From NCBI RefSeq assembly GCF_036365525.1, contig NC_090371.1, positions 94,334,211-94,398,210 on the forward strand: a stretch of 64,000 bases of DNA, in the 5' to 3' direction. The notes under the pieces are model-generated. The model saw only the letters and a program-made list of their open reading frames with translations, did not search any database and was not told where the DNA came from. A program made the translations under genes and the position numbers. Positions 1 through 12,400 of the stretch are shown here, piece by piece. This DNA is from Heterodontus francisci (Eukaryota). Numbering within the stretch: position 1 is the stretch's first letter; the number at the start of each line of letters is the position of its first letter.

Positions 1-284
1 TCAGACTGGTGGCTAGCCCAGGGAAACTCTTACCTCACTTAATGATACTGAAAACAATATCACTCCAACATCAGAACTAATTTTATGAACATTAAAAACA
101 CAATACATATTCGATCACAATACTTGTTCAACATGTCATCTACTCCTCTGTGTGTGATAACTTTTCAAATTTATGTTTATTGACAAGTGTAATCACAATA
201 GAAAACAAGCAGTCAACAGAGAGTCTCATCAATTATGCACCCAATTTCAGGATCTGACTGTAAATATATTATTTTCCATTATAG

Positions 285-421
285 TTCTTGAATACAGTAC
301 AACAATAGACTCTGCACGGCGTGTCTCCAGAGGGCTCTTTAATGGAACACATGAGAGAAGTATCCAAGGAAATATCACTCTAGCCTTCTTTAGCTGCGCT
401 GAACACACCTTCTACATGTTG
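285..421 (+). CDS. ITGA1: ITGA1 exon (137 nt): LEYSTTIDSARRVSRGLFNGTHERSIQGNITLAFFSCAEHTFYML
   Basis: Acceptor ttccattatag at 283-284. The peptide resembles recalled ITGA1 'LQYRVTLDSLRQISRSFFSGTQERKVQRNIT..C.KHSFYML'. The in-frame donor is TG|GCAAGT (GC type). Confidence 0.88.
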
Positions 422-3400
422 GCAAGTAAATCATACTTTTCTTTTACAGACCACCCAAAAACTTTCCTGATGACTCAATACCCTGCAGTATGATACTGAG
501 CCAGAATCACCAGCAAAATCACGGATTCCAGTTCAATGCTTCACGTTGTAATGATTTAATAGACCAGTCAGTCTTACGTCGGTAGTGGGCAAATTATTGG
601 AGAGGATTCTGAGAGACAGGATTTATGATTATTTGGAAAAGCATGGTTTGATTAGAGACAGTCAGCATGGCTTTGTGAGGGGCAGGTCATGCCTCACAAG
701 CCTTATTGAATTCTTTGAAGATGTGACAAAACACATTGATGAAGGAAGAGCAGTGGATGTGGTGTATATGGATTTTAGCAAGGCGTTTGATAAGGTTCCC
801 CATGGTAGGCTCATTCAGAAAGTAAGGAGGCATGGGATACAGGGGAAGTTGGCTGTCTGGATACAAAATTGGCTGGCCCATAGAAGTCAGAGGGTGGTAG
901 TAGATGGAAAGTATTCAGCATGCAGCTCGGTGACCAGTGGTGTTCCACAAGGATCTGTTCTGGGACCTCTGCTCTTTGTGATTTTTATAAATGACTTGGA
1001 TGAGGAAGTGGAAGGCTGGGTTAGCAAGTTTGCCGATGACACGAAGGTTGCTGGAGTTGTGGATAGTGTGGAAGGCTGTTGTAGGTTGCAACGGGACATT
1101 GACAGGATGCAGAGCTGGGCTGAGAAGTGGCAAATGGAGTTCAACCTGGAAAAGTGTGAAGTGATTCATTTTGGAAGGTCGAATTTGAATGCGGAATACA
1201 GGCTTAAAGACAGCATTCTTGGTAGTGTGGAGGATTAGAGGGATCTTGGGGTCCATGTCCATCGATCGCTCAAAGTTGCCACCCAAGTTGATAGGGTTGT
1301 AAGAAGGCGTATGATGTGTTGGCTTTCATTAACAGGGGGATTGAGTTTAAGAGCCGCGAGGTTATGCTGCAGCTCTATAAGGCCCTGGCTCAACCACACT
1401 TGGAATATTGTGTTCAGTTCTGGTCGCCTCATTATAGGAAGGATGTGGAAGCTTTAGAGAGGGTGCAGAGGAGATTTACCAGGATGCTGCCTGGACTGGA
1501 GGGCATGTCCTACGAAGAAAGATTGAGGGAGCGAGGACTTTTCTCATTGGAGCGAAGAAGGATGAGAGGTGACTTGATAGAGAGGTACAAGATGATGAGA
1601 GGCATAGATAGAGTGGATAGCCAGAGACTTTTTCCCAGGGTGGAAAGGGCTATCACCAGGGGGCATAATTTTAGGGTGATTGGAGGAAGGTTTCGGGGAG
1701 ATGTCAGAGGTAGGTTCTTTACACAGAGAGTGGTGGGTGCGTGGAATGCGCTGCCAGCGGTGGTGGTAGAAGCAGATACATTAGGGGCATTTAAGCGACT
1801 CTTGGATAGGTACATGGATGATAGTAGAATGAAGGGTAGGTAGTTACTTAGATCTTAGAGTAGGTTATAGGTTCGGCACAACATCGTGGGCCGAAGGGCC
1901 TATACTGTGCTGTACTGTTCTATGTTCTATGTTCTAAATGAGACAGGGTTGAGCTATCATCACTGACCTTCATGTTTCCAAATACTGGAAATACTCAAAT
2001 CTAGCAGTATCTGCGTAGAGAGAAACAGAGTTAATGGGCAGGATTTTCCCTGCCCCATGGAGACAGGGTTGGAGACTGGGAGGAGGGTGCCAGGAAAATG
2101 GGGGGGGAGACATGTCGGGACACCTCCCTGACACATTTCTGCCTCCGGGGAGACTTTCCCAGGAGCGGATTGGGAACCAGGTTGGCTGCCCATTCACAGA
2201 GGTGGACAGTCGATTAGTGCAATCAGAGGCCATTTTGCACTGGCGCTGTTATTTACTACCGTCGGAGCAGCTCCCTGCCACGTGCGGAGGCCGCCATACA
2301 ATCGAGGTGGCAGGCCAGGAGGCCATCGGAGTCAGAGGCTCCATGCCCCAATGATAGGGCTGTGGAGATGAACGGCCTCAGCCGCATCCATTAATAATCC
2401 TACAAGGGGGTTTCCTCTCCCAACCCGATGGCCCCACCGGCTTCAGGTCTCTTGAATTGATCACTTCTATGCAGGCAACTGAGGGTGCCTCCATGTTGAG
2501 GCACCCTCACGCTCACCTGCCTGCCTCAGCAGCACCCACCTCTCCTGGTGGGGCTGCGGGCTGACACTGCTGTGGGCCCTCTGTTGGCCTGCAGCCTCAG
2601 GAGCCCTCCTGCCGCGCTTAATAGGACGGCGAGTGTGGAGGCAACCAATTAAGAGGCCACCGCCAGGAAGATTGCACCGGCAGGTGTGCTGACGACATGG
2701 GCGGGCTCAAGACCTTTATATCAATCCAGTGTTGGGGACCTGACACCTGCCAGAATTTCCAGCCCACCATTTCTGGTCAATGACCTTGCATCAGAATTGG
2801 AAAAAGTCAAAGATATGTTAGATTTTAAGCAACGACAGAGACAAGGAAAGAGGGGAAGGGAAAAGAACAAAACGTCCGTGTTAGGTCTGTGATAGGGCAG
2901 AAGACAGGAGAGATTAAATATCAAAAGAGATGATGATGCAAGGCAAATCAGATTCTGCTTTTCCCATTTACACCTCCTCTCGATTGGCCTTTCTTTCTTT
3001 ATTAGGATCCCATTACTGCCTCCCTTTAGTTTTGCACCATTAGTCTACCCAAAATTAATGGAGTAGAATATGGGGAGATGTGTATCTATCTTGTGCTAAG
3101 AGCTGTTTTCAAAAGTGGAAAATTGCTTCATTTTCCAGTGCTGATCTTCTACCTCCCACCCACCTGCCCCAACTCAGAAGCAAATGTACATAAATATGTA
3201 ATGTCAAAATTAAGGATATCAATGGGGACATCACCCCAGTAAAGGTTCTTGCAAGGTGCTTAATCATATTTGCAGATAGGGGAAGCATAATGGCACAATT
3301 AGAGACAGAATATTTGACATTACACATTTATGCTTTCAATCCCTGTTTAAGTCAAAGATATTCCATGATCACAAAATTAACTTTTTCAAAAAATAGCAGT

Positions 3401-6400
3401 ACAGTATCAAATTTGTCATGTTTAATGTGTCAGCAAAGTTGCAGCAGCTATCTGTTTTAGGGGCAGCATTTCCCTGGGAATTTCCCAGTATAGGGACAAC
3501 CCTTCTATAAAATCATTGATGCTTTATTTCTGTTCATTGAGGAAGTGTTTTATGAAATACTGAATCTTTTGCTGAAATTTCATCAGCTGTAGTAAACTGA
3601 AGTCTGGATATAGAGATCAATTTTTCTGCAAAATGCATTCACAAATTTGTTCCGTAAAATGAATGATGTTAGCCTACAAAGGTGAATTAAATCCTTATTT
3701 CAACTCATTACTGTAATTTTAATATAAAAACAGAAATCCTCACCAGATCTATGGCAATTCTGGAGAGTGGAGCAGAGTTAATAGCCCCAATATTTACTGG
3801 GGCTGGTTGCATAAGCAGTAAGGTGGGGGGGTGGTGTTTTGGTCGAGGCTCTGGAGTTTTAACCTCTCATTTTTAAACAGGATCCCAGCTCAGAGGCCAG
3901 CCTGATTGACAGGCTTGGCTCCCTGGAAGGCGGCAAATACTCTGGAAGAGGTCACAGCACAGAAGCAGCTAGGGAACCTGCTGTTGCATTAATGGGAGTG
4001 GGGCTCGGGGGCAGGAGGTGATGAGGTGACTGAACTCTGATCCCATTGGGAGTGGGGTGCAGGTGGTGACAGATCCCATGCAGGTTTTGGATGGGGTGGT
4101 CCGATGGCAGGCAACAAGTTAAATCTGGGGAAATCACTCCAGCTCCTGCCAGCCCACAAGCAACGCTGTAAATTTTGCCTTGTGTTTTTATTTGTTCGTG
4201 GAATGTGATGTCACTGGCGAGGCCAGCATTTGCTGCCATCCCTAATTGCCCTTGAGAAGGTGGTAGTGAGCCGCCACCTTGAACTGCTGCAGTCTGTGTG
4301 GTGTAGGTACACTCACAGTGCTGCTAAGAAGAGAGTTCCAGGATTTTCACCCAGTGACACTGAAGGAACGGCGATATAGTTGCAAATCAGGATGGTGGGT
4401 GGGTGGAGGGGAACTTGCAGGTGGTGGTGTTCCCGTGCATCTGCTGCCCTTGTCCCTCTAGGTGGTAGAGGTTGCGGGTTTGGAAGGTGCTGTCAAAGGA
4501 GCCTTGGTGAGTTGCTGCAGTGTATCTTTTATATGGTACACACTGCTGCCACTGTGTATTGGTGGATGGAGGGAGTGGATGTTGAAGGTGGTGGATGGGG
4601 TGCCGATCAAGCGGCTGCTTTTCCTGGATGGTGTCGAGCTTCTTGAGTGTTGGAGCTGTATTCAGGCAAGTGGAGAGTATTCCATCACACTCCTGACTTG
4701 TGCCTTGTAGATGGTGGACAGGCTTTGGGGTGTCAGTAGGCAAGTTACTGGCTACTGAATTCTGAACCTCTGACTTGCTCTTGTAGCCACAGTATTTATA
4801 TGACTGTTCCAGTTAAGTTTCTGGTCAATGGTAACCCCCACGATGTTGATGGCGGGGGGATTCAGTGATGATAATGCCACCAAACATCCGAACATCAGGG
4901 GAAGATGGTTAGATTCTCTCTTGTTGGAGATGGTCATTGCCTGGCACTTGTGTAGCGCAAGTGTTACTCTCCACATATCCTGCCAAAGCCTGAATGTTGT
5001 CCAGGTCTTGCTGCATGCAGGCACAGATTCATTCAGTATCTGACGAATCATGAATGGTGCTGAACATTGTGCAATCATCAGTGAACATCTCCACTTCTGA
5101 CCTTATGTTGGAAGGAAGGTAATTGATGAAGCAGCTGAAGATGGTTGGACACTACTCTGAGGAACTCCTGCAGTGATGTCCTGGGGCTGAAATGTTTGGC
5201 CTCCAACAACTGCAGCTATCTTCCTTTGTGCTAGGTATGACTCCAATCAGTGGAAAGTTTTCCCTCAATTCCCATTGACTTCAATTTTTCTGGGGTTCCT
5301 CCTTACCACACTCTGTCAAATGCTGCCTTTTGCATGAAGCAGTCTTCACCTCCTTTTAGCTGCCAGGTCTCCTGAGGCCCAGGAACCCAGCTGCCAGAGT
5401 TAAACCTGGAAGACAGGTTAAATCTGAGGCATGTAGCCTCATTATAATATTTAAATGGACAATCCACCTCCTGGAAGCAGGTTAGTTACCAGTTTCCTGT
5501 CCTTCCCCCATTAAACCCAGAAGTGGATTGGTTGGAGCCAGGTTGGGGTTCGATTTGAGATTTTTAACATTTTTAGGTCTCACTCAACACAAACTCACCT
5601 GCTCCTTGTTTGTGACACATCAATGCATCTGACTGCTGCTTGTGTATCACCACTGTGTGGCTCTTGTTTATATGTTACTGCTCTTTGTGTGTGACTGTCC
5701 ATCCTCAAATGTGACTGTTATTTGTCTCTGGCTACTTTTCAGGATGCTCCAGATTTTCTAAATCCAGTGGAGATTCTGGTGAAGTTTGCGTTATCAAATC
5801 CAAAGGAAGGGCCAGTTCTAGATGTCAACTTACCAAAAAAGAAGAAAGTTTTGGTAACTTAAATGCTACAATTTGTATTGTCCATTTTTTAAGTCACAAG
5901 CATTTGTTAAATATTATAATTAAATATTGGGAAGACTGAAGCCATTGTCCCCACTCCAAATTCCATTCCCTAACTACTGATTCCATCCCGCTTCCTGGCA
6001 ACAGTCTGAGAGTAAGCCAATCTGTTCGCAACATTGATGTCACATTTGACCCCGAGACGAGCTGCCAATCTCATATTCTCACTAAGACTGTCTATTTCCA
6101 CCTCATTAACTTTGCTCCTGTCTCAGCTCGTCTGCTGCTGAAGCCCTCATTCACGCCTTTGTTACCTCTGGAGTTGACTATTCCAATGCACTCCTGGCTG
6201 GTCTCCCACATTCCACCCACTGTAAACATGAGGTCATCCAAAACTCTGCTGCCCTTGTCTTAACTTGCACCAAGTCCCGTTCTCCTATCACCCCTGTGCT
6301 CACTGACATAAATTGGCTGCAGGTCAAGCAACGTCTTGGTTTTAAAATTCTTATCCTTGTTTTCAAAACCCTCCATGGCCTCGCCCCTCCCTATCTCTGT

Positions 6401-9400
6401 AATCTCCTCCAGCCCCACAACCCTCCAGGATATCTGTGCTCCTCCAATTCTGGCCTCTTGGGCATCCCCGATTTTAATCAGTTCACCATTGGTGGCCGTG
6501 CCTTCGGTTGCCTAGGCCTCAAGCTCTGAAATACCCTCCCTACATCTCTGCCTCTCCACCTCGCTTTCCTCTTTTAAGTCACTCCTTAAATTCTACATCT
6601 TTGACCAAACATTTGGTCATCTGACCTAATAGTTCCTTGAATCAAAGAACAAAGAACAGTACAGCACAGGAACAGGCCATTTGGCCCTCCAAGCCTGCGC
6701 CGATCTGGATGCCTGCCTAAACTACCATCTTCTGCACTTCTGGGGTCCATATCCCTCTATTCCCTTCCTATTCATGTATTTGTCAAGATGTCTCTTAAAC
6801 GTCGCTATTGTATCTGCTTCCACCACCAACCCTGGCAGCAAGTTCCAGGCACTCACCACCCTCTGTGTAAAAAAACTTGCCTCACACATCCCCTCTCACC
6901 TTAAACCTATGTCCCCTAGTAACTGACTCTTCCACCCTGGGAAAAAGCTTCTGACTATCCACTCTGTCCATGCCGCTCATAACTTTGTAAACCTCTATCA
7001 TGTCGCCCCTCCACCTCCGTCGTTCCAGTGAAAACAATCCGAGTTTTTCCAACCTCTCCTCATAGCTAATGCCCTCCAGACCAGGCAACATCCTGGTAAA
7101 CCTCCTCTGTACCCTCTCCAAAGCCTCCACGTCCTTCTGGTAGTGTGGCGACCAGAATTGCACACAATTTTCTAAGTGTGGCCTAACTAAGGTTCTGTAC
7201 AGCTGCAACATGACTTGCCAATTTTTATACTGTATGCCCCGACCGATGAAGGCAAGCATGCCGTATCCCTTCTTGACTACCTTATCCACCTGCGTTGCCA
7301 CTTTCAGTGACCTGTGGACCTGTACGCCCAGATCTCTCTGCCTGTCAATACTCCTAAGGGTTCTGCCATTTACTGTATACTTCCCACCTGCATTAGACCT
7401 TCCAAAATGCATTACCTCACATTTGTCCGGATTAAACTCCATCTGCCATTTCTCCGCCCAAGTCTCCAACCGATCTATATCCTGCTGTATCCTCTGACAC
7501 ATGCCATATTTTGTTTTATAATGCTCCTGTGAAGTGCCTTGGGATGTTTCACTACATTAAAGATGCTATATGAATATAAGTTGTGATTCAGAAGATATTT
7601 TATTGTAAGAGTATGGGCCTGATATTCCATCTGCAGTGCCTGGGAGCAATTATTTCATCAAAACAATACAAAAGTTAAGGGGGTTATTACAGCCACCTCC
7701 TTTGTGCTGTCCCAGGATTTCCAGCACCTTCCCAGTGTTGGAATATAAATGATGTGGGAGGAATCATTCCCAGCCCTACCACCATAACACTCTCTCAGAA
7801 TGACCATGGGGCATCCACTTCCAGTGGATTTTGCTGGGCCTTGTGAAAGGATCCCCTGAGGTTGGAGGAGCAGAGGGAGGCAGGTGACAAAGTGAAGGGA
7901 ACCGAAAGACAACTTTTCAGGGAGGTTGCAGCCACGCCCCTGCACCTGCCCCAAGTCTCAGCTCTGTTAGGGTAGCCCTGCGCAGAGGGAGTCGTTGTTA
8001 AAACCCACCAAATTAAAGTGTATTGTAACCTGGACATGCGGAGTGTACTTCCAATGCACTCTACATGTCCTGCAACCAGGGAACTGGGACACTGATTCTT
8101 GTATAATGTTATTTTGCATTTGAAAGTAAATGACTAAATTTGACACATAATAATGTCTGGGTTCAAAGGCGACTGTTACTGTGAGTTGGGCTGTCTGTTA
8201 AATGTAAATTAAAGACAATCTAATTATTTCATCAAATTCCTTGCTATACTTTCTTCTCTAATCTAAATCTTGCCCATCTCTCCTTGCAGCCTCACAGAAA
8301 GGTGGGGCTAAATTTCCATGTTCACCGTATCAACGGTAAACTGATGGAGTGGGTTACTCGTCTATTATAGAATCTATCCAATTCTCATTTAAATAAATGA
8401 AGTGAAATTTGGGCTGTTTCTACAGTGGGCAGACAATCCAACCAATCAGATTACTGCCTCTGTGGTGAAGACAGAGGTTTACCACTTTATGTTTTCAGTT
8501 TGATCATCAGCAATTGTACGTTTGCACTGAATGGCATCCTTTACAATCTGGATAATGATCTGGCATCACGAATGATTTTTAAATTGGATAGTATTATTCA
8601 TATACAAGCATATATGTACTCGCATTAACATTGGATACTGGCATTATTAGTTCTGGGTTAGAATAGTAGTGGTATTAATATTTCCAGCACAGGCACGATG
8701 GGCTGAATGGTCTTCTTTGATTTTACCTAGTATGAAATTAGACAGTATTATTGTAGTATATGTACTTAACAATGGTTCCACATCACTACCTACAGCTATA
8801 AAGGATGCTGATCCCTGCTAGTTCAATGGAACGGCTCATTGATCGATCCTATTCTTGATGTCAACAGATCACCTTTTCAGCAACTACCAGCCTCAAAACA
8901 TCAAGATAAATTTTCCACTTGTGAACTCCCTTGTCCTTTGGGAGCCTATATCAGAAAATTACATGTGCTCAAACCAACATTTTAAAGGCATTAATTCTTA
9001 AATAAGAATTTGTGTTTATATAGCAACCGTCACAACCTCAGGGTATCCTAAAGCTCTTCAAAACCAACGACAATTGAAATGTAGTCACCAATGTTTTGTA
9101 GGCAAATGTGGCAGTGCATTTGTGTGTGGCAAGATCCCACAAATAGCAATGTGTTAATCTGTTTTAGTTATATTGTTTGAGGATAAATGTTGGCCAGAAG
9201 GCAGAGAGAACTCTTGCTGCTCTTCAAATACTGCCATGGGATCTTTTGCATACATCTGAAACAGGCAGGCAGGCCTTGGGTTAACATCCATTCTGAAAGA
9301 TGACACCTCTGAAAATGTAGCACTTCTGCAGTATTGCACTGAAGCGTCAGCCTGGATTATGCTGAATTCCTGGATTAGGGCTTGAACCCAGTCTTATTTC

Positions 9401-12400
9401 AGTAGAACTGCTCAATGACAGAGCCCATTGTAAATGCCCATTTTCTGTCCATTTATTTTACTGCATGTAAAATCATTAATTAGATGCATGTGATTTTTTG
9501 ATAAACTTCCATCAGACAAGACACTTCTCTAGGAGCATTCAAACAGAACTTTACATTCTGTAGTCTCCCTCAAGCTGGATGAGGAGATTTGAGGAAATTG
9601 GCTGCATTTTATCAGACTTCTAGGGACAGGCAGGGAGGCAGTGAGGGTGGGGGGCTCCATAAAATAGTGATGGAAGGCGGGGGAGTGGAGTGCCTGTCTC
9701 CTTCCCAACAACATTTAATATTGTCAAGGACAGGGAAGGCAGAGAATGGCCTTCCTGCCCAGAGGCCAATTGTGGACCTTAAGTAGCTAATTCATGGCCA
9801 CTTAAGAGCCTCTTGCCACCTGCCACCGCCACTGGCTTTTAACCAGCAGTGGGCAGGGCCCTCCGCCTCGTGGGGTGACTGCTCAGTGACACCAGGTGGC
9901 TTCCTTGTGGCCTGCGGGTAGGGGGAGCCTCCTGCTTGGGCAAACTGTAGCCCACAGGGGGCCCCCGGCAGCAAAAGATGCCTCTGCGCCAACACCCACC
10001 CCCGCTGCCCTCAACAACCACCCCCACCACATGACAGAGACTGGCTGAATGGCCCCGTTGGGCCCGCCGCACTTAACTGCAGTCCAGGGCTCCATGGCTT
10101 CTCCTGGTGCCAGGCCTCCTGCAGTACCAACAGTGGCCACCGCTCTGAGTGGCGCTGCTGGTACAGCTGAGCTGCCAGCCCCCTGATTAGAGTGGCATCT
10201 TGTCGCTTAAAGGGTTAATTATCTGCCCACCATTTAAATTCAGCTGGGGTCCAATAAACAGCAGAGGCATGGTCGCCAAGACCCCCATTGCTGAAATAAA
10301 ATCCAGCTCAATATGCTAAATAGGGCTTTCATGGAATAACTAAAATAAAAGTATTTCATCTCGAAATGTTCACTCTCCTGCTTTACAATAATATTCTTTC
10401 TTTTAAAAACATTTTAGACAGTAAGTTTGTCAGCATTACAGAACTGCAAAGAAATTACAGTGTTACAAATGTTAACATCTAATATACACAAACATAAATA
10501 CTGGGCAGTATTTTTCTGTCACTTTATTTTAGCAGTTAAACCCAGCCATTTGCATCCTTGTAAAACAGTCTGAATGCAGTTTGTAAATAGAACTATCACT
10601 ACATTACCAACAGTGACTGCACTTCAGAAGTATCTTTTGACTGTAAAGTGCTTTGGGGCACCCTGAGGTCATCAAAGGTGCCATAGACATGCAAATCTTT
10701 CTTCAAAGCTGGTGCCATGTGAGTTAACTTTATGTAATTGCGCTATAACTTGTATAGTCCTTTGCACAGCCAAAACACATACTGCTAAGTCAAACACTCT
10801 TTAAAATGTCAGAAGGTTACCTTTTGATGGGGGTGATTCCTAACAGAAGACTTTTATACTGCAGCCTGGGCAATGGGCATACCACCGCCATTATTAAACT
10901 GGGTTCCTGTGACATTGGGGATATGGGAACTCCCTTCTTTGAGAATTCCACCCTGTCCTGAGACATTGGCCTCATAAGGATAGGGAAAAAATTAGATCCT
11001 TACAAAGCCAACAGATTCTCCAACAGAAGATTGGAATGCAGAATATTATGGTCCCGGGTTAACTTTCAGCCATTTGTTTTTATTTGTTCATGGGATGTGA
11101 GCATCACTGACAAGGCCAGCATTTGTTGCCCATCCCTAATTTTCCTTGAGAAGGTGTTGGTGAGCTGCCTTCTTGAACCACTGCAGTCCATCTGGTGCGA
11201 GCACACCCAAAGTGCTGTTAGGAAGGGAGTTCCAGGATTTTGACCCAGTGACAGTGAAGAAATGGAGGTTTAGTTCCAAGTCAGGATGCTGTGTGGCTTG
11301 GAGAGGAACTTCCAGGTGGTGTTCCCCTACATCTGCTGCCCTTGTCCTTCAAGGTGGTAGAGATCGCAGATGTGGAAGGTGCTGTCAAAGGCAAAGCCAA
11401 TTCGATTCACTCCACATGATATCAAAAAACGACTGAAGGTACTGGATACTGCAAAGGCTATGGGCCCTGACAACATTCTGGCAATAGCACTGAAGATCTG
11501 TGCTCCAGAACTTGCCACACTCCTAGCCAAGCCGTTCCAGTACAGCTACAACACTGGCATCTACCCAGCAATGTGGAAATTGCCCAGGTATGTCCTGTCC
11601 ACAAAAAGCAGGACAAGTCCAACCTGGCCAATTACCGCCCCATCAGTCTACTCTCAATCATCAGTAAAGTGATGGAGGGTGTCGTTGACAGTGCTATCAA
11701 GCGTCACTTGCTTAGCAATAACCTGCTCAGTGATGCTCAGTTTGGGTTCCGCCAGAGCCACTCAGCTCCTGACCTCATTACAGCCTTGGCTCAAACATAG
11801 ACAAATGAACTGAACTCAAGAGGTGAGGTGAGAGTGACTGCCCTTGACATCAAGGCAGCATTTGACCGAGTATGGCATCAAGGAGTCCTAGCAAAACAGG
11901 AGTCAATGGGAATCAAGGAGAAAACTCTGCTCTGGTTGAAGTCATACCTAGCACAAAGGAAGATGGTTGTGGTTGTTGGAGGTCAATCATCTCAGCTCCA
12001 GGACATTACTGCAAGAGTTCCTCAGGGTAGTGTCCTAGGCCCAACCATCTTCAGCTGCTTCATCAATGACCTTCCTTCATTCATAAGGTTAGAAGTGGGG
12101 ATGTTCGCTGATGATTGCACAATGTTCAGCACCATTTGCAACTCCTCAGATACTGAAGCAGACCGTGTAGAAATTCAGCAAGACTTGGACAATATCCAGG
12201 CTTGGGCTGATAAGTGGGAAGTAACATTCACGCCACACAAGTGCCAGGCAATGACCATCTCCAACAAGAGAGAATCTAACCATCTTCACTTGACATTCAG
12301 TGGCATTACAATTGCTGAGTCCCCCACTATCAACATCCTGGGGGTGACCATTGACCAGAAACTGAACTGGAGTAGCCATATAAATACCATGGCTATAAAA

